DNA from: a virus | Length of the DNA stretch: 60,585 nt | Direction: 5' to 3' (one strand) | Virus record (IMG/VR): IMGVR_UViG_3300028195_000002 | Shown here: piece by piece, positions 25,601-32,711 of the stretch | Numbering within the stretch: the stretch's first letter is position 1 | How the letters are laid out: each line of letters begins with the position of its first letter | Notes under the pieces: model-generated | Seen by the model: only the letters and a program-made list of their open reading frames with translations | What the model was told of the DNA's origin: nothing | Database searches by the model: none | Translations under genes and position numbers: made by a program

Positions 25601-26628
25601 GCAGTCGGCGGCGGATTCTTTTTCTCTTTTATCCCGGATATTACACCATGAGGCACAGCACCCATAAAACCGCCAACGGCACCAGCCCCGGCGGATTCTC
25701 CAATTCTTAAAAAATTATCCTTGGTCAATAATTTTTCATCAGTGTTGGCAACAACATTGAGGATGGCAAATGTTTCCTGCCCGGCTTCCTGCAATGCCTC
25801 TGCCGGCATGGTCTTTATTAATTGTTTGGCAATGGCCTTTGTGATACTGCCTTTTCCGTTTTTAACGGCATCAAACATGGTATCAATCAGCCTGACATTA
25901 CCACCAGTAAATTCAAGGGCGGTCGCAAGGCTTCCAAAAAAGACGGCGGACCACGGAGCCTTTACTCCATGCTCGTTTCTAAGCTCCCCATACATACTGC
26001 CGGTTTCAAGAGGAAATATGCCTGCCGCGACACCGGTCTTGGCGCCTATCTTTGTAGCTTGCTTTTTAATGCCTTTTTTAATAGCAACTTCCATGCCCTG
26101 TTTTATAAACTGTTTTCCGGCAACTAACCCGGCTCCACCACCCAGAACAGAGCTAATGGCAACCCCGCCCATTATAGGGACAAGGTCTGCCCCAGTGCCC
26201 AAGATCCATCCTGTCTTACTGTCTGAAAATTTATCTTTTGGGTGAAGGGAGGCTTCATGCTCATGTTCCTTATACCCTTCCATGCCAAAGCCTTGGATCG
26301 CTTTTCCGGTATCTTCAGCCCCCATGTTTTGCAAGACGTTACCGCCAAGAGCCGCCATACCATATGTAGAACTTGCAATACCATGGGCGCCACGAACAAC
26401 GCCCCTTTGGACATCTCCCATGTTCTGCTCGTTAAAGTTCCGGGTAACAACATCCTCATAATCGGTTTTCTCCATTTTAAGGATATTCCGGTTTATATCG
26501 GCATCTGTGAAATTATTCTCTTTTAAGGAAGCATAATCCTTTTCAGTATACCCATTCTCATTCAAGAGATACTGAGCGATCTCGCTTTCAGACATTTCCT
26601 TTAAGGCTGATTTTAAGTCAAAAGGCAT
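13603..26628 (-). CDS. Giant 4,341-aa polyvalent virion/ejected protein (DarB-like N6-adenine MTase + SNF2 helicase core, zincin motif, hydrophobic termini)
   Basis: A single uninterrupted ORF of 13,026 nt. The sub-features below list the motifs. It has Gly-rich hydrophobic segments near both ends and sits among structural genes. Confidence 0.85.
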   Translation of the reverse strand: MPFDLKSALKEMSESEIAQYLLNENGYTEKDYASLKENNFTDADINRNILKMEKTDYEDVVTRNFNEQNMGDVQRGVVRGAHGIASSTYGMAALGGNVLQNMGAEDTGKAIQGFGMEGYKEHEHEASLHPKDKFSDSKTGWILGTGADLVPIMGGVAISSVLGGGAGLVAGKQFIKQGMEVAIKKGIKKQATKIGAKTGVAAGIFPLETGSMYGELRNEHGVKAPWSAVFFGSLATALEFTGGNVRLIDTMFDAVKNGKGSITKAIAKQLIKTMPAEALQEAGQETFAILNVVANTDEKLLTKDNFLRIGESAGAGAVGGFMGAVPHGVISGIKEKKNPPPTADDEPGGSIPIVEEEEVQADDPRLKNAFNVLAKDTKKELGDIEDKSVKNLNAFMPPVQKKPEAPHVETQSIPQEPIREISEEEQAHIIAQGEIDQQNEIDAINAMVGQDDPFMSPKQADIEGKEERTTPATQKVSKRGEDWGRYDKKQKALFDSGEWASLAVSEKTTLGGGKQEAKKMDEGFVDVEHRAIKTDEGIIIQQRKKPEPKEPGPEHEVSPEEVETDPTDAQKEAGNYKKVHIKIDNFDISIENPDGSVRKGTNKSGKKWESKMHGHYGYFKRTLGKDGDQVDVVVKPKTETSPKVFVVDQVNEQGQFDEHKVIMGTESAKEAKDLYLSNYEKGWNGFGEITEMDTETFRGWVKDGKRTKKPLAGGLDGSFKNSKPLDAHSPDKKVDGFQVGQAVSWDTKTKGVQSGTIVKKEGKNWRVKKDDTGRETLIKEPFVKKEEPEQTKEEMLDAMDSFFADDKKKKPEAKGEALFKAEEITEFKKYDIDVSGVTPQYKNEAFQMLDQAKKEETKLADPDYNKNVQAEYDRIEEEQKGTEPKSNKGIPKDTTSLVGKNKDGENVYQDKDGMRSYEASPGIIVHQKGRLVPGGVSTFDSLDTLFEKKSYEMLTSEEIDGFVDSYEPPSDWRGNLIKAREYAARLIDGGRIDYKKAKEAWTDRDGLVSLIDETTGVEALDAEENQINEDIKETVGDIQPEPQAKSEPEKKPTTKEKLKAEWDKQAQAQKDKEKIKAAKDKIKESAGKMMDDFKAINALFGERGSFSTEELDENIYAQVKDRLNSAWGHAKDTGKSIAEFVAVAIENLSHKATPYFHRWVDEEVTEEYDGVKTKEDIENGNADNSRRASVSGSKKEDDISSPGSKSAEDVPAAKENNGPESILDADGKSVDGGLRSGERSSVDDVQDKSTGKRKSSKRSTGDGDGATPGVGGSSGKPSGIQRRGRDHRIEPGSIDRSGGWKKTAESNLAAIALYKKIVEEKRFATQNEQKILAQYVGWGSSELANNMFPGYAQQKEVLPNWASYEWKDSVTRLTKLLTPEEIKTAAKSTQYAHYTSEKVITSIYKALNDMGFKGGKILEPGMGVGNFVGLLPEKMRKYSKYTGIEMDHVSAGIAKLLYPNQNIMQADFTKQSLPKNFFDAAIGNPPFGSIPILADPEYRKHSFSLHNYFFAKAIDRVRPGGLLVFVTSRYTMDAVNDRARKYMTDRADLVGAIRLPQTAFKKNAGTDVVTDVLFLKKREKNTKPSGEAWAGTTGITLKDSLGNDKDVQINEYFKKHPEMVLGQNSLAGKMYSKNEYTVMPLDGDIEDHFGKAIKRLPKKIYSATTAKEKAVHDAKEIIERDFNPKNKKEGGLYIGKDDKTLMQVNFGSGVALSSRKKISARDAVMLKDCIGLRDKIKLSHHAQLNDGDWKAALKDLQGEYKKFVKKHGNIHAYNSAWKTVKNEDGTKEKVEERRYKKKSTLRHDAEYTLVWQLEKILDDGNIVKSSILKDRTIMRPVTPKIKTVPDALAVSLNSIGHLDLDHVAELAGKPAKETLEVLGDLIYKAPDNEEYVLADEYLSGDVVTKLEEATLAVKLDPEYQRNVKALKAVQPDPLSSSDISVMMGGTWIPSKYYNEFARDVLGIRSANLSYDKRIGTWGLDYRGAAQGLRSASDDWSTTARGKNEILMAVVNNNPIRITAAIETADGGKRTIVDQEATTEANEKASKMRKEFSSWVWRDMERSTELLDLYNRKYNNLAPRKFDGSHLTLPGVTTKISLYQHQKDAIWRIIQSGNTYLNHAVGSGKTFTMIAAGMEMKRLGMVRKPMYVVPNHMLGQFSQEFQELYPMANIMVADEVDFKKENRKNFVSQATLNSPDAVIMTHSSFNLIKSNEENIKPVRKEFIGNMEYALETMQDEDAPRMKIKKMESMIEKAEQRFDSLIGEGDDVVSFEDMGIDFLFVDEAHEFRKLDFATNRRVKGIDTNGSKKAIDLYIKTLWLSSINKDRSHVFASGTPIVNTIGEMYTINRFFDRNGLDSDGLEHFDAWASMFGLVASDYEMNSAGRYEVVERFSKFVNIPEMMSRVRRFTDVLTSKQLGTRVKRPKIKGGSPEIVATSKTPELLEYQTNVLQPRIETSRKWKPSKEQPGNPDPLINIITDGRLAAIDIRFVENGAKSNPDSKLNKYIDDIIKSYKETKDNQYLLPGSEKKSIVPGGGIICFYNVGFGKNVAATRGFNARAWATKRFTEAGIPGSHVAWIDDYNTAEKKQGLFKAVREGKKRIMLGSAKKMGTGVNAQTRLTNLHYLDPPWFPADVEQPQGRIVRQGNQNEEVSIKWYATEGSYDSTMWQMVARKSRFIEQAWAGEKGVRTIEDVSKTSQYAMASALASGDQRLIQMVGLQADVKRLETLSVAHRRNQGVIARSIKDNGWDIERYEKRLKTLQKAQEKFPEYISKLDATIGKKKFDNKKDFNQALKVAVKKAVMTKDGKFKAAKKVEIADINGAKIIVVIEKGWQEFQMTASLGIVNGFSDIIGESRIYEGRFNEYFDDSNIATKSLNMLNRIPSAISTMERQIKDKTEENERAQKLIGLPFENLRELNEKHEELRSLEKELEDEGKEVSPEELGIGEADTEDNDTPTKLSTSDDIKPLSRKEILEGIRDQESGLAYIDNKGNANWTGRKIPTKMWRRLEDEGAISYVPGDDIWVDSSIYDKKKGQVDTSVFSTDQLPGQGVSLKDIQSRFKGQKVFISKDGQISIRLKNGHGLRIVRTNDMGKGDTQFAIETGRMGKDGIILGKHKRDTITLNKDLASNFTRDHELGHFLIDNGMLTQSDLFVLDGKIAALKKKGQLRFKLGKDKEENRVNALAQLLEDREQYRGTAIGKILQKIADIIDGFFHIASMTERKMARQVESGGIFSREASQKGSKEGKFQTTADLEYEEQEDTFIQKATDLYTGLIKHRKDKGKNYNEDISAMAHIFKTTMYNAEKIGGAYKRLWNVIRKQNDHKFNAQRDLWYEGDHSLLETFKAFAKKHKEEYAEIKEYLTQRDIEKKGFLVKKDNDEFTLLHWKKKNGVRKIIGTYGTKEAAWEDGVLIEAEESGFSPEGQEALIAFRKMSHNLYHHFAINLEESIAAYEKAGQPLPQITIQTEEGVTQIDLRAAAERMGDLRGSYFPRLRNSGKWRVIGHKKGSAKQMQFFDTRRLPGGANAYRAGLERKGFKTEIEKVGKLSEDLFQSLEPLLAQQQILNKAMKDISNEGKQRILEDANIKAKWEGDTFILYGALKDDIEESVRHLGGKFKERWLKNTYRPEIAFEDIEGQDPYEFEQKVTSAILHSGGLEVDMDLAFADAMVKQYDAILKGRGARSRMLARSDSIGMDVVQGYELDPVTAITSAMQAAAGSKAKAIIAKEGSAAISGRDIKWKDFKEEKKGPVEDLEGDLAELNLNSPADEKLKGDLLKQLQGLRRDLESNFNPTPNYIITKQRQIKKIQDKLKTLGKWSDVSKARKIQQNITQAKTGLYEEYLALVDKRKLDAKTQAVAHKEATAALKDILRNEEFADRVLGVVKGVAVWQYLGLRVSSAAVNVTNMAFGVPAAMNGETDNQVSLKKAIGHIVRSMKNFSLHRANKLEGEQKNVFDEIKLKGWDAPVFNREAFDVLSSKLGKGWNWALEKSMWMFGKAEELNRASTIAATYFAMKEVHKGEWDHAAMMEKSKEISDKAHGDYSKANRPYQMRGGNLAGRVLQASYVFHTFEHNYMQEMFRLGWDKKQYKAAAYMAFAPAIFGIGATLPIGVAKAISNVLGGDDPEEGLIKLAESSFGMGDIARNGIMGIGDHGVNLRGSLATRFGVPSAFYDIFGAPGSVVADWIEGGKNITKGHFQEGFEKMAPAAIANISKGIRESTTGVTTRTGSPVFWGREQLKGDTIDMILRMLSFNPTNVSTKKEIQWGEYKTQTRYRTKKSEIIKRFKAAMNKTIEKRSRHDILKIKADIRDFNSEIRDKKLTRLGLLITEKSIKDAMRRNVKAPKRERLRDL
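17227..17241 (-). other. HEXXH zincin metallopeptidase motif (HELGH) in the giant protein
   Basis: DHELGHFLI at about aa 3129-3137. Confidence 0.4.
18500..20400 (-). other. SNF2/SF2 helicase domain of the giant protein (approximate bounds)
   Basis: Motif I AVGSGKTF (20251-20274), motif II DEAHEFRK (about 19768-19791), ASGTPIVN, and motif VI QPQGRIVRQGNQ (18697-18732). Confidence 0.7.
21700..22650 (-). other. N6-adenine DNA methyltransferase domain of the giant protein (approximate bounds)
   Basis: SAM motif ILEPGMGVGNFVG (about 22343-22380) and catalytic GNPPFG (22165-22179). It is preceded by the QYVGWGSS segment typical of N12-class/DarB-like methylases. Confidence 0.7.
24637..24909 (-). 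other. Inorganic-pyrophosphatase-like segment within the giant protein (approx. aa 574-664)
   Basis: HYGYFKRTLGKDGDQVDVVV resembles the family I PPase core NYGYI..TL..DGDPVDVLV. An upstream IENPDG and a downstream DEHKV are also present. Confidence 0.4.
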
Positions 26629-26633
26629 TTTGT

Positions 26634-28550
26634 CTATAATCCTTTCTTTGCAGATTGTTTGATCATCTTGATTATTTGATCTTCCGTGGCGTTCTCGAAT
26701 CTACTTTTTAGCGTTTTGACGATTGTTTTTATTTTTTGAAGATCCGTTTCAATTCCGGCATCCCTTAATGCTTTTCCTATTTTCCCTTCGCCCCATTTCG
26801 GAAAATCAGGATGAACGTTCTTGTTTATGAGTCCTTGCACAATGGTCAAAGGAGTTGTGCCGGGCTCATCGCTCCCGGGCATGGCACTGAACCTGTAAAT
26901 ATTTTTAATTTCTTCTTTTGACATCTGGTATATGGGTTGCTTGCCTTTGGTCTCTTTAACGTCGGTTCCCATGGCGTTTGGTTTTTTCTCAAGTTCATCC
27001 TCTTTTTTTGCAGAAGAATTAAACTTATCCCCTTTTTTTTTATTTTCAACCGGGTCCACCCCAATCCGTTTTGTGCCTGGGGGTAACACTGAAACCTTGA
27101 AGGCTTCTTTTTTACCGCCTGGCATCCATCCGTTTTCATCAATCACCTGTCCGCCCTCATCATAAAGAGAAAGGCCCAACCCATTGGCAATCTTTAAAAG
27201 CTGAGGCATATCCGTTGCTCTCACCGTGCCGGAAACGTCTCCGGTTTCAAGATCTTGTTCCATCCCGAACCCCGCCGCCTGCATAGCAAAAGACTTCACG
27301 TTTGCAGCGTCTATGCCTTTATCCCGTTTCGGATTAATTCTTGTAAGGCCCATCTTGATATAATTATCAAACTCTGCCTTGCTTTTGGCTGTATAGCTAT
27401 TCCCCTTATCATCATAAAGTTTTTCATCTATGACCTTATCGCCCAGGGCATTCGTTTTTTTTGTGTAATAATTTTTTTCAGCATCGCTTTTATTGGCAGA
27501 CGCCGTCCTTTGGATCGCCAAAGCTTTTTCTGAATCAATCCCGGCAAGATCTTTCTCTCGTTTGAGATCTTCAACAGAATTCCCAGAAGAATAAAAAGCG
27601 TCCCATGATTTATATTCTCCCAATAACTCTCCGGTTTTTTCATCTTTAACCCTGATATCCACCCCGCCGGTTTGGTCTGTGACTTTTACCTGGGGTATCA
27701 CAAGAGTTGATTTCCCGGTACTCGTTTTGCCATGCCGGGGGTTTGCTTCTGCCACAAGGTTCTCTTGTCGCTTAGCTTCCATTTTAGATGCCGCAACAGA
27801 AATAAATTCTTTTTCTCCCAAAGCATTCATTTCCGTTATGACTTCATCAATGTGTTTTGTTCCGTTGTTCTGAAGTTTTCCTGTTCTCCTGTCAAAATAT
27901 TCCAAAGAAAATGATTTTGTTTCTGGATCATATTCTCCGAGCTGGTACGGGGAAAAAGTTAATTCTTTTGACATTTGTACCAATCCATTAACCGCCATAT
28001 CAGTTTTCCCGGCTTTCAAGGCATCATTAACAAGGTTTCTGCTATTAAAAAAGTTTTTAGCATGCTTCTCGATAATGGGAAGCCGATTTTGCATAAATGT
28101 TTTTTGGGCCTCAGCGGTCTTCCCGTAAAGCCCTATCACATTTGCCAAAGATTTTTGGCCTACAACCCCTGCCGTTAAATTTGTAGGGATTTTATCAAAT
28201 GGTTGCCCAGGGTTCTCTGACATCCATGTGGATATTTCGCTGCTTCTTCCCCTAACACCGTCGGCCTCTTGAGCGTCAGCAATTCCCAGGTCCGTATCAA
28301 GTCCCTTTAAATAATCTTCTTTTACGGAGATGCCGATATCTGCAGGCGTACCTTCCGGCAATTTCCCTGTTTCCTGCATCGTGCCCAAGGCGGACCTGTG
28401 TTGATCTTTTTCATCCAGCCGGGTTTTTCTGTCGTCCTGCTGATGCTTGAATGTGGTGTTCCTCTGCCCCATGGCCTGAATGCTGTTTAAGGTATTGGCA
28501 ACTCCCATTAAGCTTGCCCCGATTTCATCCCGTGGATGTCTGTAAGTCAT
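26634..28550 (-). CDS. Hypothetical virion-associated protein
   Basis: 638-aa ORF immediately upstream of the giant gene (5-nt gap). No motif recognised. Confidence 0.55.
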   Translation of the reverse strand: MTYRHPRDEIGASLMGVANTLNSIQAMGQRNTTFKHQQDDRKTRLDEKDQHRSALGTMQETGKLPEGTPADIGISVKEDYLKGLDTDLGIADAQEADGVRGRSSEISTWMSENPGQPFDKIPTNLTAGVVGQKSLANVIGLYGKTAEAQKTFMQNRLPIIEKHAKNFFNSRNLVNDALKAGKTDMAVNGLVQMSKELTFSPYQLGEYDPETKSFSLEYFDRRTGKLQNNGTKHIDEVITEMNALGEKEFISVAASKMEAKRQENLVAEANPRHGKTSTGKSTLVIPQVKVTDQTGGVDIRVKDEKTGELLGEYKSWDAFYSSGNSVEDLKREKDLAGIDSEKALAIQRTASANKSDAEKNYYTKKTNALGDKVIDEKLYDDKGNSYTAKSKAEFDNYIKMGLTRINPKRDKGIDAANVKSFAMQAAGFGMEQDLETGDVSGTVRATDMPQLLKIANGLGLSLYDEGGQVIDENGWMPGGKKEAFKVSVLPPGTKRIGVDPVENKKKGDKFNSSAKKEDELEKKPNAMGTDVKETKGKQPIYQMSKEEIKNIYRFSAMPGSDEPGTTPLTIVQGLINKNVHPDFPKWGEGKIGKALRDAGIETDLQKIKTIVKTLKSRFENATEDQIIKMIKQSAKKGL

Positions 28551-28562
28551 TGTTATAACTCC

Positions 28563-28838
28563 TTATGAAAGTAAATATGAACCAATACCAAGCGCTGCAC
28601 CAATGCCAAGAGTAATAGGCCCTCCTATAGCCGCCATCCCGACGGCACCCGGTGCTGCCATCAGGCTCCCGACCGTTGCCGCTGCCCCTACGCCACCCAT
28701 GCCAGCATTTATAGCACCCCCGACGCTCGGCCCAGGATCTCGATTCGCCGGGATATTCTTCATCATATTCCCGTAAGTTCCTGCAGCCTGGCCCATTCCG
28801 TTCATAGCTTTGCCAATTGGATTTTCAATCTCATACAT
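28563..28838 (-). CDS. Gly/Ala-rich small membrane protein
   Basis: 91 aa with a GGVGAAATVGSLMAAPGAVGMAAIGGPITLGIGAALGIG hydrophobic glycine-zipper-like region. Confidence 0.45.
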   Translation of the reverse strand: MYEIENPIGKAMNGMGQAAGTYGNMMKNIPANRDPGPSVGGAINAGMGGVGAAATVGSLMAAPGAVGMAAIGGPITLGIGAALGIGSYLLS

Positions 28839-28840
28839 TT

Positions 28841-29515
28841 TTAATACCCCATCGCATTCGTTAATCGAGCGTATTTTTCTTGCTCCGCTCCGCTCCTTGC
28901 CGTTGTTCTCGCCCCACTTATTGATTTTGCACGGTTTATAGCGTTTGTATTCGTCATAGACGCGAACCTGCCCGAATTCGGATTAATTCCCATTCTTGCA
29001 GCATCACGACCCATGACAGCCCGTGACCCGGCAAATGCCTGTGCAGCGTCCGCGCCAGCTTGATTCACTCGGTCCGTAACGTTAACTCCATCTATCGACT
29101 CTTTAAAAAAAGCATTCCTGACCGGTGCTTTTTCTCCTATGGCGGTTAGATCATCTGCATTCTTTGCCATCGCTAAGTCTGTTTGCCCGGGAAGAAGGGA
29201 GAGAGCCGATTTGCTTTGAGCCGCCCCAAGCTCGACTTGTCCTGGAAGCAAATCCCTGTCTGCTTGCATTTTTTCTGTATTGTAGGCAGTTTCAAGCGGT
29301 ATCATATCCATGTTGGCCTTAATTTTGGCTTGTTCCATGGGCTTATAATCGGTTTCCCAAAATTTATAATACTCGTCCGCCATGCCCTGCTGGGACTCAG
29401 CAATCGTAGCCATTCGAGCGTTATATGCGGCATCATAGGTATCCCCGGCAGAACTCCCGCCTTTAAAATAAAGCAATTTGCGTCTAAATTTAAACGGCCC
29501 CATTCGATTTGTCAT
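28841..29515 (-). CDS. Hypothetical virion-associated protein
   Basis: 224-aa ORF in the structural operon. Confidence 0.5.
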   Translation of the reverse strand: MTNRMGPFKFRRKLLYFKGGSSAGDTYDAAYNARMATIAESQQGMADEYYKFWETDYKPMEQAKIKANMDMIPLETAYNTEKMQADRDLLPGQVELGAAQSKSALSLLPGQTDLAMAKNADDLTAIGEKAPVRNAFFKESIDGVNVTDRVNQAGADAAQAFAGSRAVMGRDAARMGINPNSGRFASMTNTNAINRAKSISGARTTARSGAEQEKYARLTNAMGY

Positions 29516-30039
29516 GCGTCACCTCTTGTATAATATATAAATACTGCGTCTTCACTTTTTTGTTTTTCCTGATTCCATATGGCATTAGGTATAACCCCGT
29601 GGGTTTGTGCCCCGCAATTTAAGGCAAAATCAATCGCAAGCTTATTCCAGACAGGGATAAACCCGGTAAAAAGATCAAAGATATAGTGACCAGACCTGTC
29701 TTTCATCCGAATTAATTGGGAAATAGCCTTTCTCCCAAGGACAACGGATTGCCCCCACACTTCCGAAAACCCACAAAAATGATTCCTTGCGGTATGGTTT
29801 TCAAAACGATTGAGCCATGTATACCCCACTATATCAGCCCCTAAATACAAAACATAAAAAAGAACCTGGGGGGATTTCATCGCTGTCAAAAATTCATCGC
29901 TTGTTAATATGGTCCCTTCGTAGAAAACAATTTTATCCGATCCGTCGTTGACAGTCCTATCAAAAAGCCTTTTCATGTCTGAATCTGAGATTGTCCGTAT
30001 CCCGTCTATCTCTGTGTATGGAAATAATTTAAAATTCAA
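29512..30039 (-). CDS. Possible GNAT-like acetyltransferase
   Basis: 175 aa. Weak resemblance to the GNAT fold (VGYTWLNRF ... WGQSVVLGRKAISQLI). Low certainty. Confidence 0.3.
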   Translation of the reverse strand: MNFKLFPYTEIDGIRTISDSDMKRLFDRTVNDGSDKIVFYEGTILTSDEFLTAMKSPQVLFYVLYLGADIVGYTWLNRFENHTARNHFCGFSEVWGQSVVLGRKAISQLIRMKDRSGHYIFDLFTGFIPVWNKLAIDFALNCGAQTHGVIPNAIWNQEKQKSEDAVFIYYTRGDA

Positions 30040-30114
30040 TATTGTGACGCTCCTTGTAGAAACCCGTTTTTATTACTGCATTAAACCTTTCTGGCAATAA
30101 ACTATCAAACCTTT

Positions 30115-31341
30115 TTATTCCCCTGTTGCTATCCATTTAATTTCTCCGGCTGCTTCTTGGCCATCAGGGGTGAAAGTATATCCAACATTTAAATTTTCTA
30201 ACAATTGATTAGTGGTTATACTGTTTTCCCACGCAAGGGCATAAAAATTTGCTGTAAAATACACATCATGAACACCCGATGTAACATCTATTACCTCGTT
30301 GGACCAATCCGATATAAGAGTATATGGATCTGTATTGTAAAGTGAAGTCCATGTTTTTGTTGCAATTTGAGTACTGTCTCCGTCAACCACTGCAAATACC
30401 ACTATCCTTAATCCATGAATATACCCATTGCCGGACTCAGATGCCTTGCCGGATAGTATAATTTGGGTTGTATTTGATGGAGATGTGACTGTTGCCGATG
30501 TAAGTGTTTTAACTAATGTTTCATGGTTCCAATAGAGCATTCGTGTATCAGTGCCAGACACAATAGCTACTGGATCACTAAAAACCCCGGCACTGGATGC
30601 AATCAACAAGCATTTAACAGTGAAGCGCCATCGCGCCGATGAATATTCAGTGATATTTTCTGCATTACATTGCAATACTTGATCCACGCCATAAGCGGCA
30701 AGGGCAACACTGTATGTTTGGGTTGATTTTGGAATAACATCTACTTTCGGAATTTCTTTAAAATATCCAGGAATATTAATAACATCATCATGTTCGCCAA
30801 CACCTTCTTCCCGTCTTTTCAGGCTTTTATATTGAACATGAGTGGAACCTATCCAATAATAAAAATCAATATCTCCGGCATCAATGCGGCAATAATCACC
30901 ATTTATCAAATTGCCAATGTTGATCTGGCTACCAGCATATATCTTGCCACCATCAATCATAGTGGTGTCGGAACCATGCCTAATGTCTGCATCATTCGTG
31001 GCTCCCGGTTCGCTCCAAGCTTCCGTATAAGCCTGGGCGGCATCAGCCTTGGCCTGAGCATCAGCTATGGCCCTTGCTTCTTCAGCAGTGACTATTCCAT
31101 CTGCGTAGGCTTTTGCAATTACTTCTGCCAGATGCGCCTTGGCTGCCGCCAGAACACTAACGGACTGTGCAACAGGCATTAACGACCCGTCAGGCCTGAC
31201 AGTCTGGCTTAAAATCCCAGCTTCTTTGGAAGAATAGACTTTGATTTTAGTTAGCGTAATTGGAACTGATCCGGCAGACCATGCTTTAATGGAATTAACA
31301 CCCTGGATCAAGGCCGATGATGGCAATGCAAGATAAGGCAT
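30115..31341 (-). CDS. Tail fibre/receptor-binding protein paralog (shared N-terminal anchor domain)
   Basis: 408 aa. The N-terminal roughly 60 aa are homologous to those of 35111-36268 and 36268-38274. It shares the AYADGIVTAEEARAIADAQAKADAAQA module with 35111-36268. Confidence 0.6.
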   Translation of the reverse strand: MPYLALPSSALIQGVNSIKAWSAGSVPITLTKIKVYSSKEAGILSQTVRPDGSLMPVAQSVSVLAAAKAHLAEVIAKAYADGIVTAEEARAIADAQAKADAAQAYTEAWSEPGATNDADIRHGSDTTMIDGGKIYAGSQINIGNLINGDYCRIDAGDIDFYYWIGSTHVQYKSLKRREEGVGEHDDVINIPGYFKEIPKVDVIPKSTQTYSVALAAYGVDQVLQCNAENITEYSSARWRFTVKCLLIASSAGVFSDPVAIVSGTDTRMLYWNHETLVKTLTSATVTSPSNTTQIILSGKASESGNGYIHGLRIVVFAVVDGDSTQIATKTWTSLYNTDPYTLISDWSNEVIDVTSGVHDVYFTANFYALAWENSITTNQLLENLNVGYTFTPDGQEAAGEIKWIATGE

Positions 31342-31342
31342 T

Positions 31343-31753
31343 CTATAATCCTATTTTCTCTTTTTCTGTCCGGCCCCAGGCTCGGCAGCTTTCAATATGC
31401 TCTATATATTCCTGGCACTCGGCTCCCTGGGCAAGCTGTCGCAACATTTTCATTTCATCATTTTCAGAATATTTTTTTCTGATTTTTTCCACCACCCGGG
31501 TATTGATCAAGCGCATGTGTGGAGATACAGCAGAAATTTCCGCCCTCATTTCATCCGTGAGCACAATCGATTCCATGGTGACATCCATGTCAAAAGGTTG
31601 TTCCGGTAAAACCATAGAGTCAGGCACATGCACATATGTGTCATCTCCAATCGTGCACAATTCTGTTATACGCTGGGCATCTTCTTGGTAATCCGGTTCA
31701 ATAAGCGTACGTGTTGTATAATCGTCGATAATTTTTTGGTATTTTAATATCAT
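31343..31753 (-). CDS. Hypothetical protein between RT and fibre gene
   Basis: 136-aa ORF. It overlaps the RT 3' end by 56 nt and abuts the fibre gene start. Confidence 0.4.
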   Translation of the reverse strand: MILKYQKIIDDYTTRTLIEPDYQEDAQRITELCTIGDDTYVHVPDSMVLPEQPFDMDVTMESIVLTDEMRAEISAVSPHMRLINTRVVEKIRKKYSENDEMKMLRQLAQGAECQEYIEHIESCRAWGRTEKEKIGL

Positions 31754-32711
31754 TTTTAACCTCTTTTAAGATTTTAAGCATGTATGGCAAAGAATTGGTA
31801 TATTTTGCATGGCCAAGGATAGACGCGACAGCCGCCTGATCACTTTTTTTGACCATGCGTTTAAATTTATAAAGACTGAATTTTCGAATAAATTTTTTAT
31901 TTTTCCAGGTGCGGTACCCGACAAAGTTCAAACCCTTTTTGACTTTTTGGATGGTTGATTTTGAAAGCCTTAAGACCAGGCCATCCTTTAAAAATTGAAT
32001 AATTTTTTCCCGGAACAAAAGACATTGATCCCGGGTGATGCCAATCAAAATAAAATCATCCACATACCTGACATAATGTTTTATTTTCAACACCCGTTTT
32101 ACAAAATGATCAACAGGGTTCATATAAAGCAGGGCATAAATCTGGCTTAAAAGGTTGCCTATTGGGATGCCGTCCGGAGCATCTATAAAAGCAAATGCCA
32201 TCATAATATCGACAAATCGTTTGTCCTTGATTTTTCGTTCTATCAATTTTCTGAGAATATTCCGATTGATAGAATAAAAAAACTTTCTGATATCAAGTTT
32301 TAATGTGTATTCATCCCCTGAGCAAGATTGCAAAGCCCTTTGTGTATAAACACAAGCCTTGTGGGTACTCATACCCTTACGACAGGCAAAAGACGTATTG
32401 ATAAAAGTACGATCAAAAATGGAATATATAACTCTATAAATGGCATGTTGCACCACGATATCCCGAAATGTTGGCGCATAAATCAACCGGTCTTTTGGCT
32501 CATACACTTTAAACGTCCTGTATGGTGCCGGTTGATAAATGCCGGAATGCAATTCTTCATGCAGCATGGCAAGGTTATTACCCAGGCTGACCTCAAAATT
32601 AAAACAAGCCTGTTTTTTTCTTTTCCCTTTTCGGGCATCCAGATACGCCTGATACAGATTTTCTGGAGTAAATGCTATTTCAAATAAATTCCCGATCCGT
32701 TTCAATTTCAA
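31698..32711 (-). CDS. DGR reverse transcriptase
   Basis: YVRYVDDFILIG (YxDD), PIGNLLSQIYALLY (the DGR-type IGxxxSQ motif), and a GNLFEIAFTPENLYQAYLDARKGKRKK N-terminus. The likely start is TTG at 32711 or 32705 after GGAGAA. The track ORF extending to 32984 runs through the TR. Confidence 0.85.
   Translation of the reverse strand: MKLKRIGNLFEIAFTPENLYQAYLDARKGKRKKQACFNFEVSLGNNLAMLHEELHSGIYQPAPYRTFKVYEPKDRLIYAPTFRDIVVQHAIYRVIYSIFDRTFINTSFACRKGMSTHKACVYTQRALQSCSGDEYTLKLDIRKFFYSINRNILRKLIERKIKDKRFVDIMMAFAFIDAPDGIPIGNLLSQIYALLYMNPVDHFVKRVLKIKHYVRYVDDFILIGITRDQCLLFREKIIQFLKDGLVLRLSKSTIQKVKKGLNFVGYRTWKNKKFIRKFSLYKFKRMVKKSDQAAVASILGHAKYTNSLPYMLKILKEVKNDIKIPKNYRRLYNTYAY

Noticed and set aside
13603-26628. 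The giant ORF as a tape measure protein, or as an N4-type virion RNA polymerase.
   Set aside because: No tail tube, sheath or chaperone-frameshift genes accompany it, and it carries clear MTase and helicase motifs rather than tape-measure-like repeats. I could not spot T7-like or two-barrel RNAP catalytic motifs by eye. A cryptic polymerase domain cannot be excluded without profile searches.
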